In this document: positions 36,863-48,748 of the stretch, piece by piece | How positions within the stretch are numbered: position 1 is the stretch's first letter | Layout: every line of letters begins with the position of its first letter | NCBI RefSeq assembly: GCF_018350175.1 | Contig: NC_058369.1 | Span: forward strand, 11,968,001 to 12,032,000 | Direction: 5' to 3' | Origin: Felis catus | Taxonomy: Eukaryota | DNA: 64,000 nt | Notes under the pieces: model-generated | The model's input: the letters and a program-made list of their open reading frames with translations, nothing else | Databases searched by the model: none | Told to the model about the DNA's origin: nothing | Made by a program: the position numbers and the translations under genes

Positions 36863-39230
36863 GACAGGCCTCCTCATGCCCAGGCCCTCTCATTTTCACA
36901 TTCTTCCTTGCCGCTTTTGAGCCGTAGCTGTGATGCCCTGGACCGTGGCTACAACAGAAAGTGGGTGGTTCCAATGAAGAGCTCATTTCAAAAAGAAAGT
37001 TATGCCCACATGGTTCTTTCCCGACGATACGAAAACAAACGCCAATTTGGCATGAGCTCTCAAATATGTTGCTGGCGAACTATATCTGCGTGCCGATAGC
37101 AGTATTTCCTTAAATAGAAATTGTTTTTGAATGGAGACTCATCCGACCTCTTAAGCAGCTTAATAGAGTCAGCAGAATGTGCAAAAACTGGCAGGCTCGT
37201 GTCTACAAAGAGGCTACTCTTGAGCGGGTTTTGATCTGCGGATTCAAAAAGCGGCAATGGCATTTTGTGGTCTCCTTATTCCGCCTTTTCACACGTGTTC
37301 TCTGTGTTAGTCTCTGAGAATGGGGTCTAGGGTCCCCTATATCTTCATTGTTCACGGAACATCTATCCAGCCCTCCCAGTCCTGGGAGGAAGTTCACCAG
37401 GGAACCTCACCTCTATACCCTGCCCTTAGAAGACAACTATACAAGGAATTAAAGAGCATCCCATTAGCAGGGAAAGGGAGTGGAGGCTGCTGGAAAGCCA
37501 GACAGAGAGAAGGGATGCATTCCTGAGTTCCAAACAAAGTTGCCTGAGACGCTAACATCTCCTCATACTTGATTTAACTAGAACCGGGAACCTTGCCTTG
37601 GTCTGGTGAGCACTCATAAAGTTAGCCTGTGGGTATATTAAAAAAAAAATTAGCCTGTGGGTATTAAGAGGTCACACTGAAAGTGACCAAAAGCTCATAC
37701 ATTTTTCCATAAGAATGCACATTTCAGATATTTTTATCCACTTCCCTGTACCCACCCCCAAATTATCCCAGAAACACTGACATGTTAGTGTCAAGTCTTG
37801 TAGACTGCCCCTTGGACCTGGGAGTGGCAGGAAAATCTCCAGTTAGATCGATTTTTTTGTCACTGTAGCTTATTCCTCAGCCTGTAATTTCTTATTCAGG
37901 TGGGTTCTTTGTATTCACCCCTCCAAAGTCCATCTCCCTTAAACGACCCACACCCTTCTACTCCCAGCCTCTCCCTGGTGTCCTATCATCCCCCCTGAAT
38001 TTTTGCATAAGCCACTCCCCTCACACACTGCCATACTTACGCCCCTGGGAAAATTAGCCTATGAAGGGGTGTGGGTGCTTTTTGTTTTCTCTCTGTGTAT
38101 ATTTGTTCCTGGGACTTTTCCAGACCTAGGTATCCTCCACCCTTTGAAATAACTGCAGCCCTGCTTATCCAGTCGTTCAGCTTAACTGAGCAACTAGGTG
38201 GAGCCTCATGTACAGAGATTAGGGCTACAGAAATCTACGACTACCTGTTATTTTATCTCACACCTACCACAAAGTAGATGCCAGGGAATCTAAGTGGTGA
38301 GTTGAGGTCAGCATCTGTGGTGGGGAGACCTGGGTGTGAATCCCAGCCCTGCCATTTCAGCCGTGGGACCCTGAACGAGCCGCTTCACTTTTCTGCAAAA
38401 CAAAAGCGATGTCTTGGTTGGTAAAGATTAGGAGAGACCATGGAGACATTGGCTCACGCCGAACTGGCGCCGTCCGTCCAGATTAGTCGGGCCCGGGTCA
38501 CTCTTCCTTTCTGACAGAATCCGCCCAGATCGTAGCAACTTGAGGTTCTGAGGGCCTCATCGGATGAAAGGCCCAGCGGTTGTAGTTGAAAGATTGCCAC
38601 CTTCGCAGCCTTTTTTTTTTTTTCCTTTCTGAAAATGTCCAAGCTGATCCTATCACATTTTTAGGAGGCATTTTGCTTTCCTCCAGTATTTTAATGATTC
38701 TTGGCCTAGTCCTCTTATCAGCCATCACTCACTGCAAACCGGTTCTGTCCTGAGCTCTGTCACGCACAGCTCTAAATGGCATCTCACTGTTTTAGTTTTT
38801 AAATTTTTTATTTTATCAGCTCGGTCATTTAATAATTCACCCGTAATCTGACTTAGATTTTAGTCATGCTGCATTTCTCTGGGGTTTGACTACATTGCTG
38901 TGGACACACGGACACAAAAACACAATTATGCTTGGAATTTAAATGGCCGTTCCCAGGAGCTCCAACGGAGAAAACGGGTTTCAGGATTATAGTTTCCTAC
39001 CAAAGGCCACCAAACTGGCACTAGGGGAGAAATGTCCTGTTTCCCAGATCTGATGTTTGTGTAGCACTTCAGAAGTTCTGTAGGGTGTCTCATTTATTAT
39101 CTCCTTATGATAATTCCCACACCACACATTATTGTTGTTATCCTTGACAGACGGGGAAACGGAGATGTAGCAAGATTAAATGCCTTATTTCAGAGGGACG
39201 GCTGGGGCTTACATCCAGGTGTTCTAACTC

Positions 39231-39422
39231 CAGACTGCCAGATTTACCAAGTTAAAACACAGGACACCCAGTTAAATGTGAATTTCAGATAGGCAATGAA
39301 TAATTTTTTGGGCTAAGTATATTTCATGCAACATTTGGGATAGACCTGTACTATAAAATTATTTGTCGTGTGCCTGAAATTCAAATTTAGTTGAAGACTC
39401 TGTGTTTTATCTCAAAACCGTA
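39231..39422. mobile_element. MER53-like palindromic DNA transposon (MITE)
   Basis: tgccagattt...cagttaaatgtgaatttcag...ctgaaattcaaatttagttg...gtgttttatct; self-complementary arms. Confidence 0.75.
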
Positions 39423-39611
39423 TCTGACTCCCGTATTTGATACTCAAACCCTGTTATTAGATGGTGTTCTGCTATAATTAAATGTGGAGTACTTTCTCCG
39501 CTATGACTTTCACTCCGACGGTGTAGGATTTTAGAAGCTTTTTTTTTTTTCTCTTAACAAAATTTTAGATGCTTACTAATTTATTTTTCCCCCACTCTTA
39601 ATCCTCACCAG

Positions 39612-39694
39612 AAAAACTTGCCCAGGCCAAAGAAGAGAATGTGGGCTTACATCAGACACTGGATCAGACACTAAACGAACTTAACTGTATATAA
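39612..39694 (+). CDS. TPM4: TPM4 exon 9d coding part (cytoskeletal C-terminus)
   Basis: EKLAQAKEENVGLHQTLDQTLNELNCI-TAA; cag|AA; with 1b,3-8 gives 747 nt = 248 aa + stop. Confidence 0.98.
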
Positions 39695-40943
39695 CCAAAA
39701 CAGAAGAGTCTTGTTCCAACAGAAACTCCAGAGCTCTGTGTCTTTCTCTTCTCTTGTAAGAAGTTTCTTTTGCTATTGAAATCTTCGCTTTGCTGGAAAT
39801 GTCAAGCAAATTATGAGTACGTGACCAAATATTTTGTATCAGAGAAGCTTTGAGCACCCCGTTAAATCTCATTCCTTCCTTTTTTCAAATGGCACCAGCT
39901 TTTTCAGCTCTATTTTTATCTTTAAGTTGCATTTATTCATAAGGTAGGCAGGGTATTTCATACTGAGCATACGCCTATAGAGACTGAGGGCGTTTGGTTC
40001 CTGGGAGAATAGACAACCTTATACTTTCAAAAACCAACTCCAGTGTCTAGTCACAGGTGAACTTAAAAGGCCGCAGAATGCATAACCTTCTGGGCCACTG
40101 TTGGTCACACGACAGGTAGCCAGGGACCATCCCATTAAAATGGGTAGGGATTTTCCATCCAGAGCATAAAAAAAGGGAGGAGGGGGAAGAGGGCTTGCCT
40201 TGTGGGAAGTCATAAACCATAGATCAACCTTATCATCCTGGCTCTTTCCCACACACCGCCATGCAGAACAGACATCCTCTGGGCAGGTAGCATGAGAATG
40301 CTTGGGAAATCATCGTAATAATTACCCAGATATTTTCTGGATAGATCCTTTGTTCCTCTACAGGTTTCTTTCGTTCTGAAGTTCTCTGAGGAGCAGATCT
40401 CTTATTCCAATAATGACCCATGCTTGTCTGCTCTGATCTGAGACCATCTGCTTAGCAGGAATGAATGTGGCAGAATTCAGTCTCATTCAGAGAAGTCCTA
40501 TCAGAAAGACTGCGAGCCATCAATAATTGAGCAATGCTGACAACTACTGGGCAGAAGGGTCCTCTCTGACAGCAAAGTACAGATAGAGCAATGGGCCTTG
40601 CTTCCTCTCCTGTATACTTCCGGGAATAGCAAACTGAAGATTTACTTATGTAGGACTTTAATTCCTTCTTCAGGACCAAGTTAATGAAAGACCAAGAAAC
40701 TCCTGATTAAACTGGATATGGAGCATTTTGTAGGCACAGCTGCATTTTGGCTTTGTTGTCTTTCTGCTTTCTGGGGTAACATCTCAGAGCTGAAACATTC
40801 CACATTCCCCAGCAGCGTGGGGGCCAACTCAAGTTTACAATTCTGACAAAATCACCCTGCTTCTAGCTTATCCAAATTCTCTGCCCCTCACTCCTATTTA
40901 TTAAGCATCACACTACCCACAAGGTACACTAGCAAATTGTGCA

Positions 40944-41031
40944 ATTAAATAAAACGCACACCTTTCATTTAGATTCTTGCAACTGTATCATATGTAATAG
41001 TATCACTTTTTCTACATTTTGGTCAAATAAA
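40944..41031 (+). terminator. TPM4: TPM4 exon 9d poly(A) signals
   Basis: Overlapping ATTAAA/AATAAA 40944-40953 and AATAAA 41026-41031 followed by GU-rich tttgtgtg/tgtgttt. Confidence 0.75.
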
Positions 41032-42070
41032 TTTTTACATAAACTATCATTTGTGTGAACCTTAGAATGTGTTTGGGGGTGGGGGGACACACAAGGTATT
41101 CTGGTTCAGCGAACGTTAGTAGGATGGAAAGATTACTGTGCCAAGATGATTAACAAACGTTACTTGCTTTATACCGTGACTTCACGATAGGAGGATTATT
41201 ACCTCTATATTCAGGTGAGAGCACTTGGCCTCAGTAATGCAAAAGCTCCTGTCCTTTGCTATATACCCAGTCCCGCCTAAGCCAGGCTGTGAAGAATAAC
41301 TAGGATTTTAATAGATGAGACAGGAGCAGGGAAAATGGTCCCTGTTGCTTGAGTCAGGAAGGCACAAGGCCTGCCTGCGTAAGGCTTCTGTGTGTTGCGT
41401 ATATAAAGGAAGGAAGGAGGAAAGTTGGAAGGCAAACTGGTCCATAGTGATGAGAGCCCCAACTTAATTTGGTCAGGAGTGGAGAGCCGCTGAAGACTAA
41501 TCAACAAAGAAACACATTAGGAAAATCCACTTAGTCATTTTCAGGAAGGACTAGAATGGGGGGGGGGTAGACTAGAGGCGGTGTGGCCAGTTACGAAGTG
41601 GTTTCAGTTAATCCCAGATAGTGCTTGCCTGGGAATGAAAAGGAAGTGATCTGGAGGAAGATAACTTGAGACAGCTGAGTGGCTGGCAGGTAACTGGAAG
41701 AGAGTGTCAAAGGTGACTGCAGTTTCATTACCAGAATTGCTTTGATACTGGTCTCACGATCTGATGGGATAAGGAGTCAAAGAGAATTGAAAGCCAAACA
41801 TTCGTGTGTGTAGACAATTTTTTGCTCACCAAGTGCAATTAAAAACATTTCCTTCATATTCAACATTTGGCGGACGCTGTGAGCTTGTTTCGATGGCAGA
41901 AGCGGAATGTCAATGAATAAAGTATCCTCCCCTTCTCTAGGTGCCCTACCATCACTAGATTGAAGTTCCTTCTCTCCCTCCTGCCCACTCCCTGGGGCTG
42001 CAGTCTAAAATCCAGATACTGTTATAGTCCATCTGGAGTCTCGCATTCAACAGAAGTATTCAGTGTTTGT

Positions 42071-42300
42071 TTTTTTTGTTTTTTTTTTTTAATTTTTTTT
42101 AACGTTTATTTATTTTTTGAGACAGAGACAGAGCATGAACAGGGGAGGGGCAGAGAGAGGGGGAGACACAGAATCTGAAACAGGCTCCAGGCTCTGAGCT
42201 GTCAGCACAGAGCCCGACGCGGGGCTTGAACTCACGGACCGTGAGATCATGACCTGGGCTGAAGTCGGACGCATAACCGACCAAGCCACCCAGGCGCCCC
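42071..42300 (-). mobile_element. Can-SINE with TSD
   Basis: tattcagtgtttgtt on both sides. Confidence 0.92.
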
Positions 42301-43459
42301 ATATTCAGTGTTTGTTAAATTGATCTCAGGTCTCAGGGAGCTTCCCAATCCCATGAAGTGTATGCGGAACCTAGGGCATACCTAGGCATAACCTAGGTTA
42401 AGGCCAGATGGCAATGACTTGATCCCAACCGACCACCAACGGGTAGTGGATAAGTGTTTTAGAACAAACATACCACAGAGTGAAATCTGGATTGGAGAAT
42501 AATCCAGGAGACCAGTGCAGAGAAGAGCAAGATTCAACAACTACTAGAACCCACATGTGAGGGTGAAAGAGAAGTGTCTGAGCGGGCTTCGGTTTCACTC
42601 GGAAGGTAATTCAGGCCACGCCAGTCTGAGTAGAAGTTGACACGTTCGGTTGTGGACCTGTCAAAGTACCTTTGCCAAGTCCACAAAGCAGCTGGACACA
42701 GAAGGATGGCCGGGCTATGTGGATTCCTCCAAGAATCACCTGTGCGGAGATCTCAGCAGCCACAGTATTGAAGATCACCCAGAGGTTGGAACAGACCTAG
42801 AACCCCGAGGAACTCCTAAGGGGCTTGCGGAAACCCCAAAGACTGCCATGGGATCTGAGCAGCAGCATGCAGGGAAGGGAGGCGTCACGGCCGAAGAAAC
42901 CAGCCAGTAGAACGGTCCAAGTCCCAGGAAGGTGGTCGGTAGCGCCCAACGTTACAGACGCCAAAGCCGACGTGGCCGGCAGCTCTGCTTGAAGCTCTCC
43001 CCCGCCCCCCGCCGCCCCCCAGCAGCCAGATCAGCGGGGCTGGCCCTAGAGGGAGGCAGGAAGGGCGGCCAGGGCCGGCTTGGGCAGGAACCTTATGTGA
43101 GTCTAGACGCCTTCCCAACGCCCACCTCTGACAAGCAGGACACCACCCGGATCTCAGGCCTCCGAGGCTGGCGTGTCCCAGCTCAAAGCCACCTTCCCAC
43201 TCTGGAGCCCGGCAGGGTCCCTTAAGCTCTGGCCTCGGTTTGCTCAGCATAAAAAGGCAGAATCAGACTACTGACCCCAGTGGGTTAGGGTGGGGATCGT
43301 TTTCGTACGTGCCGACAACAGGCAGGCAAAGGACAACGCTTGTGACTGTTCCTAGCATCCTCACGACCCTAGCTCCCCTGGCGGCTGAGGCTTGGCGGGG
43401 GGTCGGGGAGGGGGGAGAACTGCAGGCAGACAGTGGTCTGGACAGTCCCTAATTAGGTC

Positions 43460-44450
43460 TAAAGGCGCGTCGCGAGGAGTTCCCGCGGGTACGGCTGGTG
43501 GCAGTGAAGCCGCTCAGGCGGCGGAGTAGTCCCCCCGGCCGGCGCCGAGACCCCGGAAGACGTCCCGAAGAGGCCTCGCTTCGACGATGACGAGCGTCCC
43601 CACTCTCCTTTCTTCTTCGGTTCCCCCTGGATGGACGCAGCGCCCTCCAGACGACACCGCCACCCGCGCACTCCCTTCCCGCGCTCTTCCCGGAGCCTAC
43701 GGAGGCTGCGCGGGCCGTGAGGGCGGGAACCGGCGAACCCGCCGCGCGTGCGCCCTCTGCCGGCACCCAACGGTCTCCCGGGCCGCATGCGCACGCGCCC
43801 CACTGCGGGCGCGCGGAGCCGTTGGCGACGTTCCCCGCCCTCCCACTCCCACTCGGGGGCGTGGCTGCCCCCAAGTCGGGGGCGGGAAGAAGGCGGGGAC
43901 ACGCGGTGCCCCGCCCCCCCCTGGTCTTCATTTGAAGCCCCTGGACTCTTCACGGCTGGCCAATTGCAGCCCGCCCTGTCCCTAGCGCCGACCAATGACC
44001 GGCGCGCTCGGGCCGCTTCCGGCACCGCGCCTTGCTCTCCCCTTCCCCACGTCTCCCCGCGACGGGAGGGGCGCGGGGGAGGGTGTCGGCCTGGGTGACG
44101 CGCCGCGGGCCGGGAGCCAATAGGGGGCGGGCTCGGCGCTGATGGACGGAACCAGCGGCCAGTGGCGAGGCGCTGGCCGCACTTCCCGTCGGGGAGAGAG
44201 TGTAATATGGCGAAGACCTACGATTACCTGTTCAAGCTGCTGCTGATCGGGGACTCGGGGGTGGGGAAGACCTGTGTCCTGTTCCGCTTCTCCGAGGACG
44301 CGTTCAACTCAACTTTCATCTCCACCATAGGTAGCGGGGCCGGGGAGCGGCCGGGGACGCCGGAGGCCCGGGCCGGGCGCGCCCCTGAAGGGCTGGGGCT
44401 GAGGGAGCGGCTGGGCCGGACGGATCCAGGGATTAGAGAGGGTCGAGGGG
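43460..44450 (+). promoter_or_regulatory. RAB8A: RAB8A CpG-island promoter (TATA-less)
   Basis: NRF1-like CCGCATGCGCA 43783-43793; CCAAT at 43960, 43992, 44117; ETS CTTCCGG 44016-44022; GC boxes. Confidence 0.85.
44207..44330 (+). CDS. RAB8A: RAB8A exon 1
   Basis: [41 protein letters not shown] + G; P-loop; G|gtagcg; 124 nt. Confidence 0.98.
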
Positions 44451-47400
44451 ACCGGAGGGGAAAAGAGCAACCGCTTCCACCTCTTTTCGGGGGTTCCCGG
44501 GCTATGGGGAAGGGGATAGGAACCAAGGGCCCATTTTACAGATGGGGAGACTGAGGCCGCCCCAACTCTCAGCTTGCTCGTCAGGAAGTACAGGTCTTGG
44601 GCTGGGGTTTTGGCGCCGGTCATCTCGTGCTGTCCACACAGCAGCCCTCGAAGCTGTTCTTTTGGGGTCGCCGTCTTACAGAAGTGAAACAGGCTTGGGG
44701 AGTTGGCCGTAGGAAGAGGCCTTTGACATCTGACCTTATTAAGCATGTACTGTGCGCTAGCCCCTTTATGTGCATTATTACACCCTCCAGTCCTTTGTGT
44801 TAGGTGCTGTTATGAGCCTCACTGAGGAATTTGAGGCTCGGGGAGGCATGCGACTCACCCAAGGTCACACAGTCTGCAGGTGGCAAGGATGGAATTTGAA
44901 TCCGTGTGGGTCTAATGCCCAAAATCAAGACTGGACCATCGGATGGGAGCACTCATCCCCAGGGCAAGCACGGCTGATCCATCCCAGAGCCAGCCCTCTC
45001 CTGCACTTTCCTCTGTAATGTTCAGGGGTTAAGCCCCTCTCCCTGACCCTGTTTCCCCCATGGGTGAATTTCTTCTAGAAGGAATGGCAAGAAGGAGTCT
45101 GGAGCCTTTCTCTGCCCGACCTTCCATCCCACTAGAAGGTGATAGCAATGATGACTGACAGCTGCCTGCCCTGGGACCTGTCATCCCCAAGGAGATGCCA
45201 GATAAAAACTTGAGTGAGAAACCAAAATCAGCCGCTGCCACAGACAGTGCTGACTTCCCTATCTTGAGGCCCGGGACACCAGTTGTCACTTTGCAGAACA
45301 AACAGCCTTTCCCACAAAGCCAGCCCACGTTGTGGTTGAACAGAATTGGCTTGTTGCTTCTCAGTTCTGATATCCACAAAAGTGGAGCTGACTTGTCCCC
45401 ATGTCACAAAAACAGCCATTGCCCGTGTGAAAACGTTTGACCTGGAAGTAACACCAATCAAATGGAGTGGCCTGTGAGCTATGCAGCCTTGTTCCAGAAT
45501 AGTCAGCAAGCCCAGGAGTTGATTCTGAATGGGGAAAGCCTAGGCACCAGGCTTTGCTTTACCCCCTGTGTAACTCGAGCCCAATCACCTTATCTCCCTG
45601 AACCCCACCATGAGCTGCTCATTCCATTCCTGCCCCTCTCCAGGAGCTGCACTTGACAGTTGAGAGAATTGGACTGGAAATGGTCATTCCAGCTTTCCAG
45701 CCGCTGGGGGACCCTGAACAAGCACTTAGACTCTGAGCCCTGTTTCTTCAGTTTAGGAGTGATGCTCTCTGCCTTGGCCAGTGCCCTGGATGGTTGAGGA
45801 TCGTAAATGTACAACGAATAAGAGGTTGTTATCGTGGCCGGAGGCGGCCTGGAGGAAGCAGAATTTCTGGCTTCTGCAGTGACAGCATCTCATCCCTGGA
45901 CCCAGATGTTTCTGATTCCTCCCCCTCCACCACTCCAGGGTCCAACTTTGGGATAGCGTTTGCATCTCCATGAATCAGGAAGTGATGTTATGTCCTGGCA
46001 GGCTGTGGCTTGCTCTCACCCAGACCTCAGTGTCCCAGCGTCGGAAACTTCCTGTTCAGCACAAGCACTAGTGAGATCAGTTTGGAGATTGGATCTTTCT
46101 GTTGGTTTCTCATTCTTGTCCAGGAAACCCAGTCTAGCTCTTTAGGGCTCCGAGGAGGCCGGCCTCCACTTCCAGACAAAGACATGGCTTGGGCAAGGTC
46201 GTCTAGGGGTGGTACAGGTGGCACTTAAACCCAGAGTCCTTCCCTCCCACCTCAGTATTCTGATTACATTTGTAGTTTTCCAGTAGGCCTCTGTCTTCTG
46301 AGCAAATTTAATTCATCCTGACCTTGAAGTGATGGCCTCATAATTCTTAGCCTTGTAAAATTTAACACTTCCTAATTAAATCTGGTGTGTTAATGAAACC
46401 CAGGAAGAGGTTAGGACAGAGTGATGCTGTGGGGCTTTGCTGATTAAACAGGGCATCTTGATTTCACGTGTCCCTGTGGACCTGGGACGGGAGGTAGGGG
46501 ATGTTTTAGGAAGGAACAACACTGGGCCGCTTAGTCCTGGAATGCAACTGAATGTGTAAAGGTGATTCTCTACCGGCACTGAGTACACCTCTGGGTTGTC
46601 TTTATGGATCAGGGATTAAGTGGCTGTTCATTTCCTGCCCAGCTTTCGTTTTGCCAGAGCCCGTTCTCAAAAGCTGCATCGATCATTGGCGGTGTGAACT
46701 TGGCCCGGCGGCCAAGTTCAGAATTGGTTCTTCACAGCCTGGCTCAGCTCCCACGGCTTCCTCGGGGCCCCATTCACTCATACCTTCAGGGAGACACGTG
46801 GCAGATGTGAACGTGCTCCGTAAACCACACGGCACCCTGTGGCTTTTATTTCTTTCACCCTGCCATCTTTCCCCAACGCCTGCTGTGTGACAGCACGGCT
46901 GCAGGGGCTGAAGAAATGACTGGGATGAATCAGAGGGAAACCAATGTAACAAGGCCTGTAGTCAAGGTGTGTGTGCGGGACTGGGTGATCAGTTTCTAGC
47001 AGATACATAGCTGGCCTCTGCCATGCTGAGTTACCGGAGACACAGCCATGAGTAAGACGTCTGAGTCCCTGCTCTCCTGGGGCTTCTGTCCCAGTGGGCA
47101 CATTTCAGGTGCAGACTGATATTCCCTGTGGTCCCCTGGACAGCTCCTGAGGTGGGCAGCGATGGAATTAACATCCTGTCATCAGTTCTGAGGGCTCAAG
47201 CCAGGCTCCCGCCTCCAGGCTTCGAGGGCAAAGATGTAGAACAAACTCGCGGAGGTAAAGGCAGGGTTGGGCTGTTTTCCATGGGCAACTTTCACCCCAA
47301 GATCCGTGGAGCAAATGCACAAATATGCACTGTCAAGGGAGTGCACCCGAAGAAGGAAAAGAAGCGAGGGGAGAGAGAGTGAGGATGGTCAGGAAGGCTC

Positions 47401-47946
47401 ACCTGGGGAGGTGACTTGAACAGAGGCCTGAGTGAAGGGCCGGGGGAGCCAGGAAGTCATGGAAGGAAGCGACGTTCCAAGAGAGGGAAGAGCGAGCACG
47501 AGAGCCCTGAGTCCAGACTGCGCGCGGGATATTTAGGAAACAGTCGTGGGAGCTGTTTGCCACGCGGTGGCCAGGCGAGGCAGGACCTTGGCGCACACGC
47601 TCAACTGTTCTCACTTCATCCTGGGGCCGAGGGGGTGGCGGAAGCGTCTGGAAGGTGTTTTTGGTTGTCGCGGCGTGTGTCAGGCCTTCATTCCTTTTCA
47701 CGGCCGGGTGGTGGTACGGACGGGCCACGTTTTGTTTGTCTGCCCATCCGTTGGTGGACACGCTGGCAGGTTTGGAACAGAGGTTAGCTTCGTGACATGG
47801 TTGAATGTGGTCAGGAAAGCTGGGGAGGGGACTGAGGGGGTAGGAGGCTGAGAGGTCACCCTGGTCTTGGGGAAAGGGGACTACAGCCGACGAGTGGGAG
47901 AGGAGGGCAGGGTCAGGAAGGCTTCTTGGAAGGCGACCTTCCAGCA

Positions 47947-48113
47947 GGTCTGGTGGAGGCTCAGAGGTTGAGCGTCCGACTCTTGCTTTTGGCTCAGGAC
48001 ACGAACTCATGGTTCGTGGGATCGAGCCCCACGTTGGGCTCTGTGCCGACAGCGTGGAGCCTGCTTGGGATTCTTTCCCTCTCTCTCTGCCCCTCCCCCA
48101 TGCACGCGCGCAT

Positions 48114-48154
<41 letters not shown>

Positions 48155-48170
48155 AGCAAATAGAAAAAAT
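47947..48170 (+). mobile_element. Can-SINE
   Basis: gcgtccgactcttg...ggttcgtgggatcgagcccc, long (CT)n. Confidence 0.85.
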
Positions 48171-48687
48171 GAAAGGAGAAAGTTTGTTAGGGAGACAGAT
48201 GGGCGGCATAGGGACCACCCGCAGAGAAGGAACGGCATGTGCGAAGGCTGGAGGTCCGTGAGAACAGTATTGGGGGGCATCCTGGGGCTCCATGCCCTGT
48301 GTGTTTGGGAGGGCCTGGTGTAGGTGGCGGGAGGCGTGGGGCTCTGGCCCTCGAAAGATTCTGTGGAGGCCGACTCCGAGAGGCTGCCTGGTGGGCAGAG
48401 GGGACAGAACAAGGCTTTGTCGCCTGAAGGACCTGGGTTTGCCCGCCAGCCTGTGCCACCTGGGGCTTCACTCCTGGCAGCTCGGTCTGCCCTCTGAGCC
48501 TCAGCTTCCCCTTCCAGGAGAGGAGAAAGTTCTCTCCAGGCGCCTCCAGACTTGTTGTGGGAGCTTCCGAGATCCCAGGTGCCCCAGTACCAGGCAGGTG
48601 CTCCGTAACAGGTTGGCAGCGGCTGCCTCAGATGCAGCTTGGGCAGTGGGCTGACCGTGATGTGCCTTTTCTTTCCTTTTCTTTCAG

Positions 48688-48748
48688 GAATTGACTTTAA
48701 AATTAGGACCATAGAGCTCGATGGCAAGAGAATTAAGCTACAGATATG
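48688..48748 (+). CDS. RAB8A: RAB8A exon 2
   Basis: (G)[19 protein letters not shown](W); 61 nt; cag|GA, TG|gtaaga. Confidence 0.98.

Noticed and set aside
44162..44206. In-frame GTG N-terminal extension of RAB8A suggested by the ORF track
   Set aside because: Weak context versus a strong aatATGG; the known protein starts MAKTYDY
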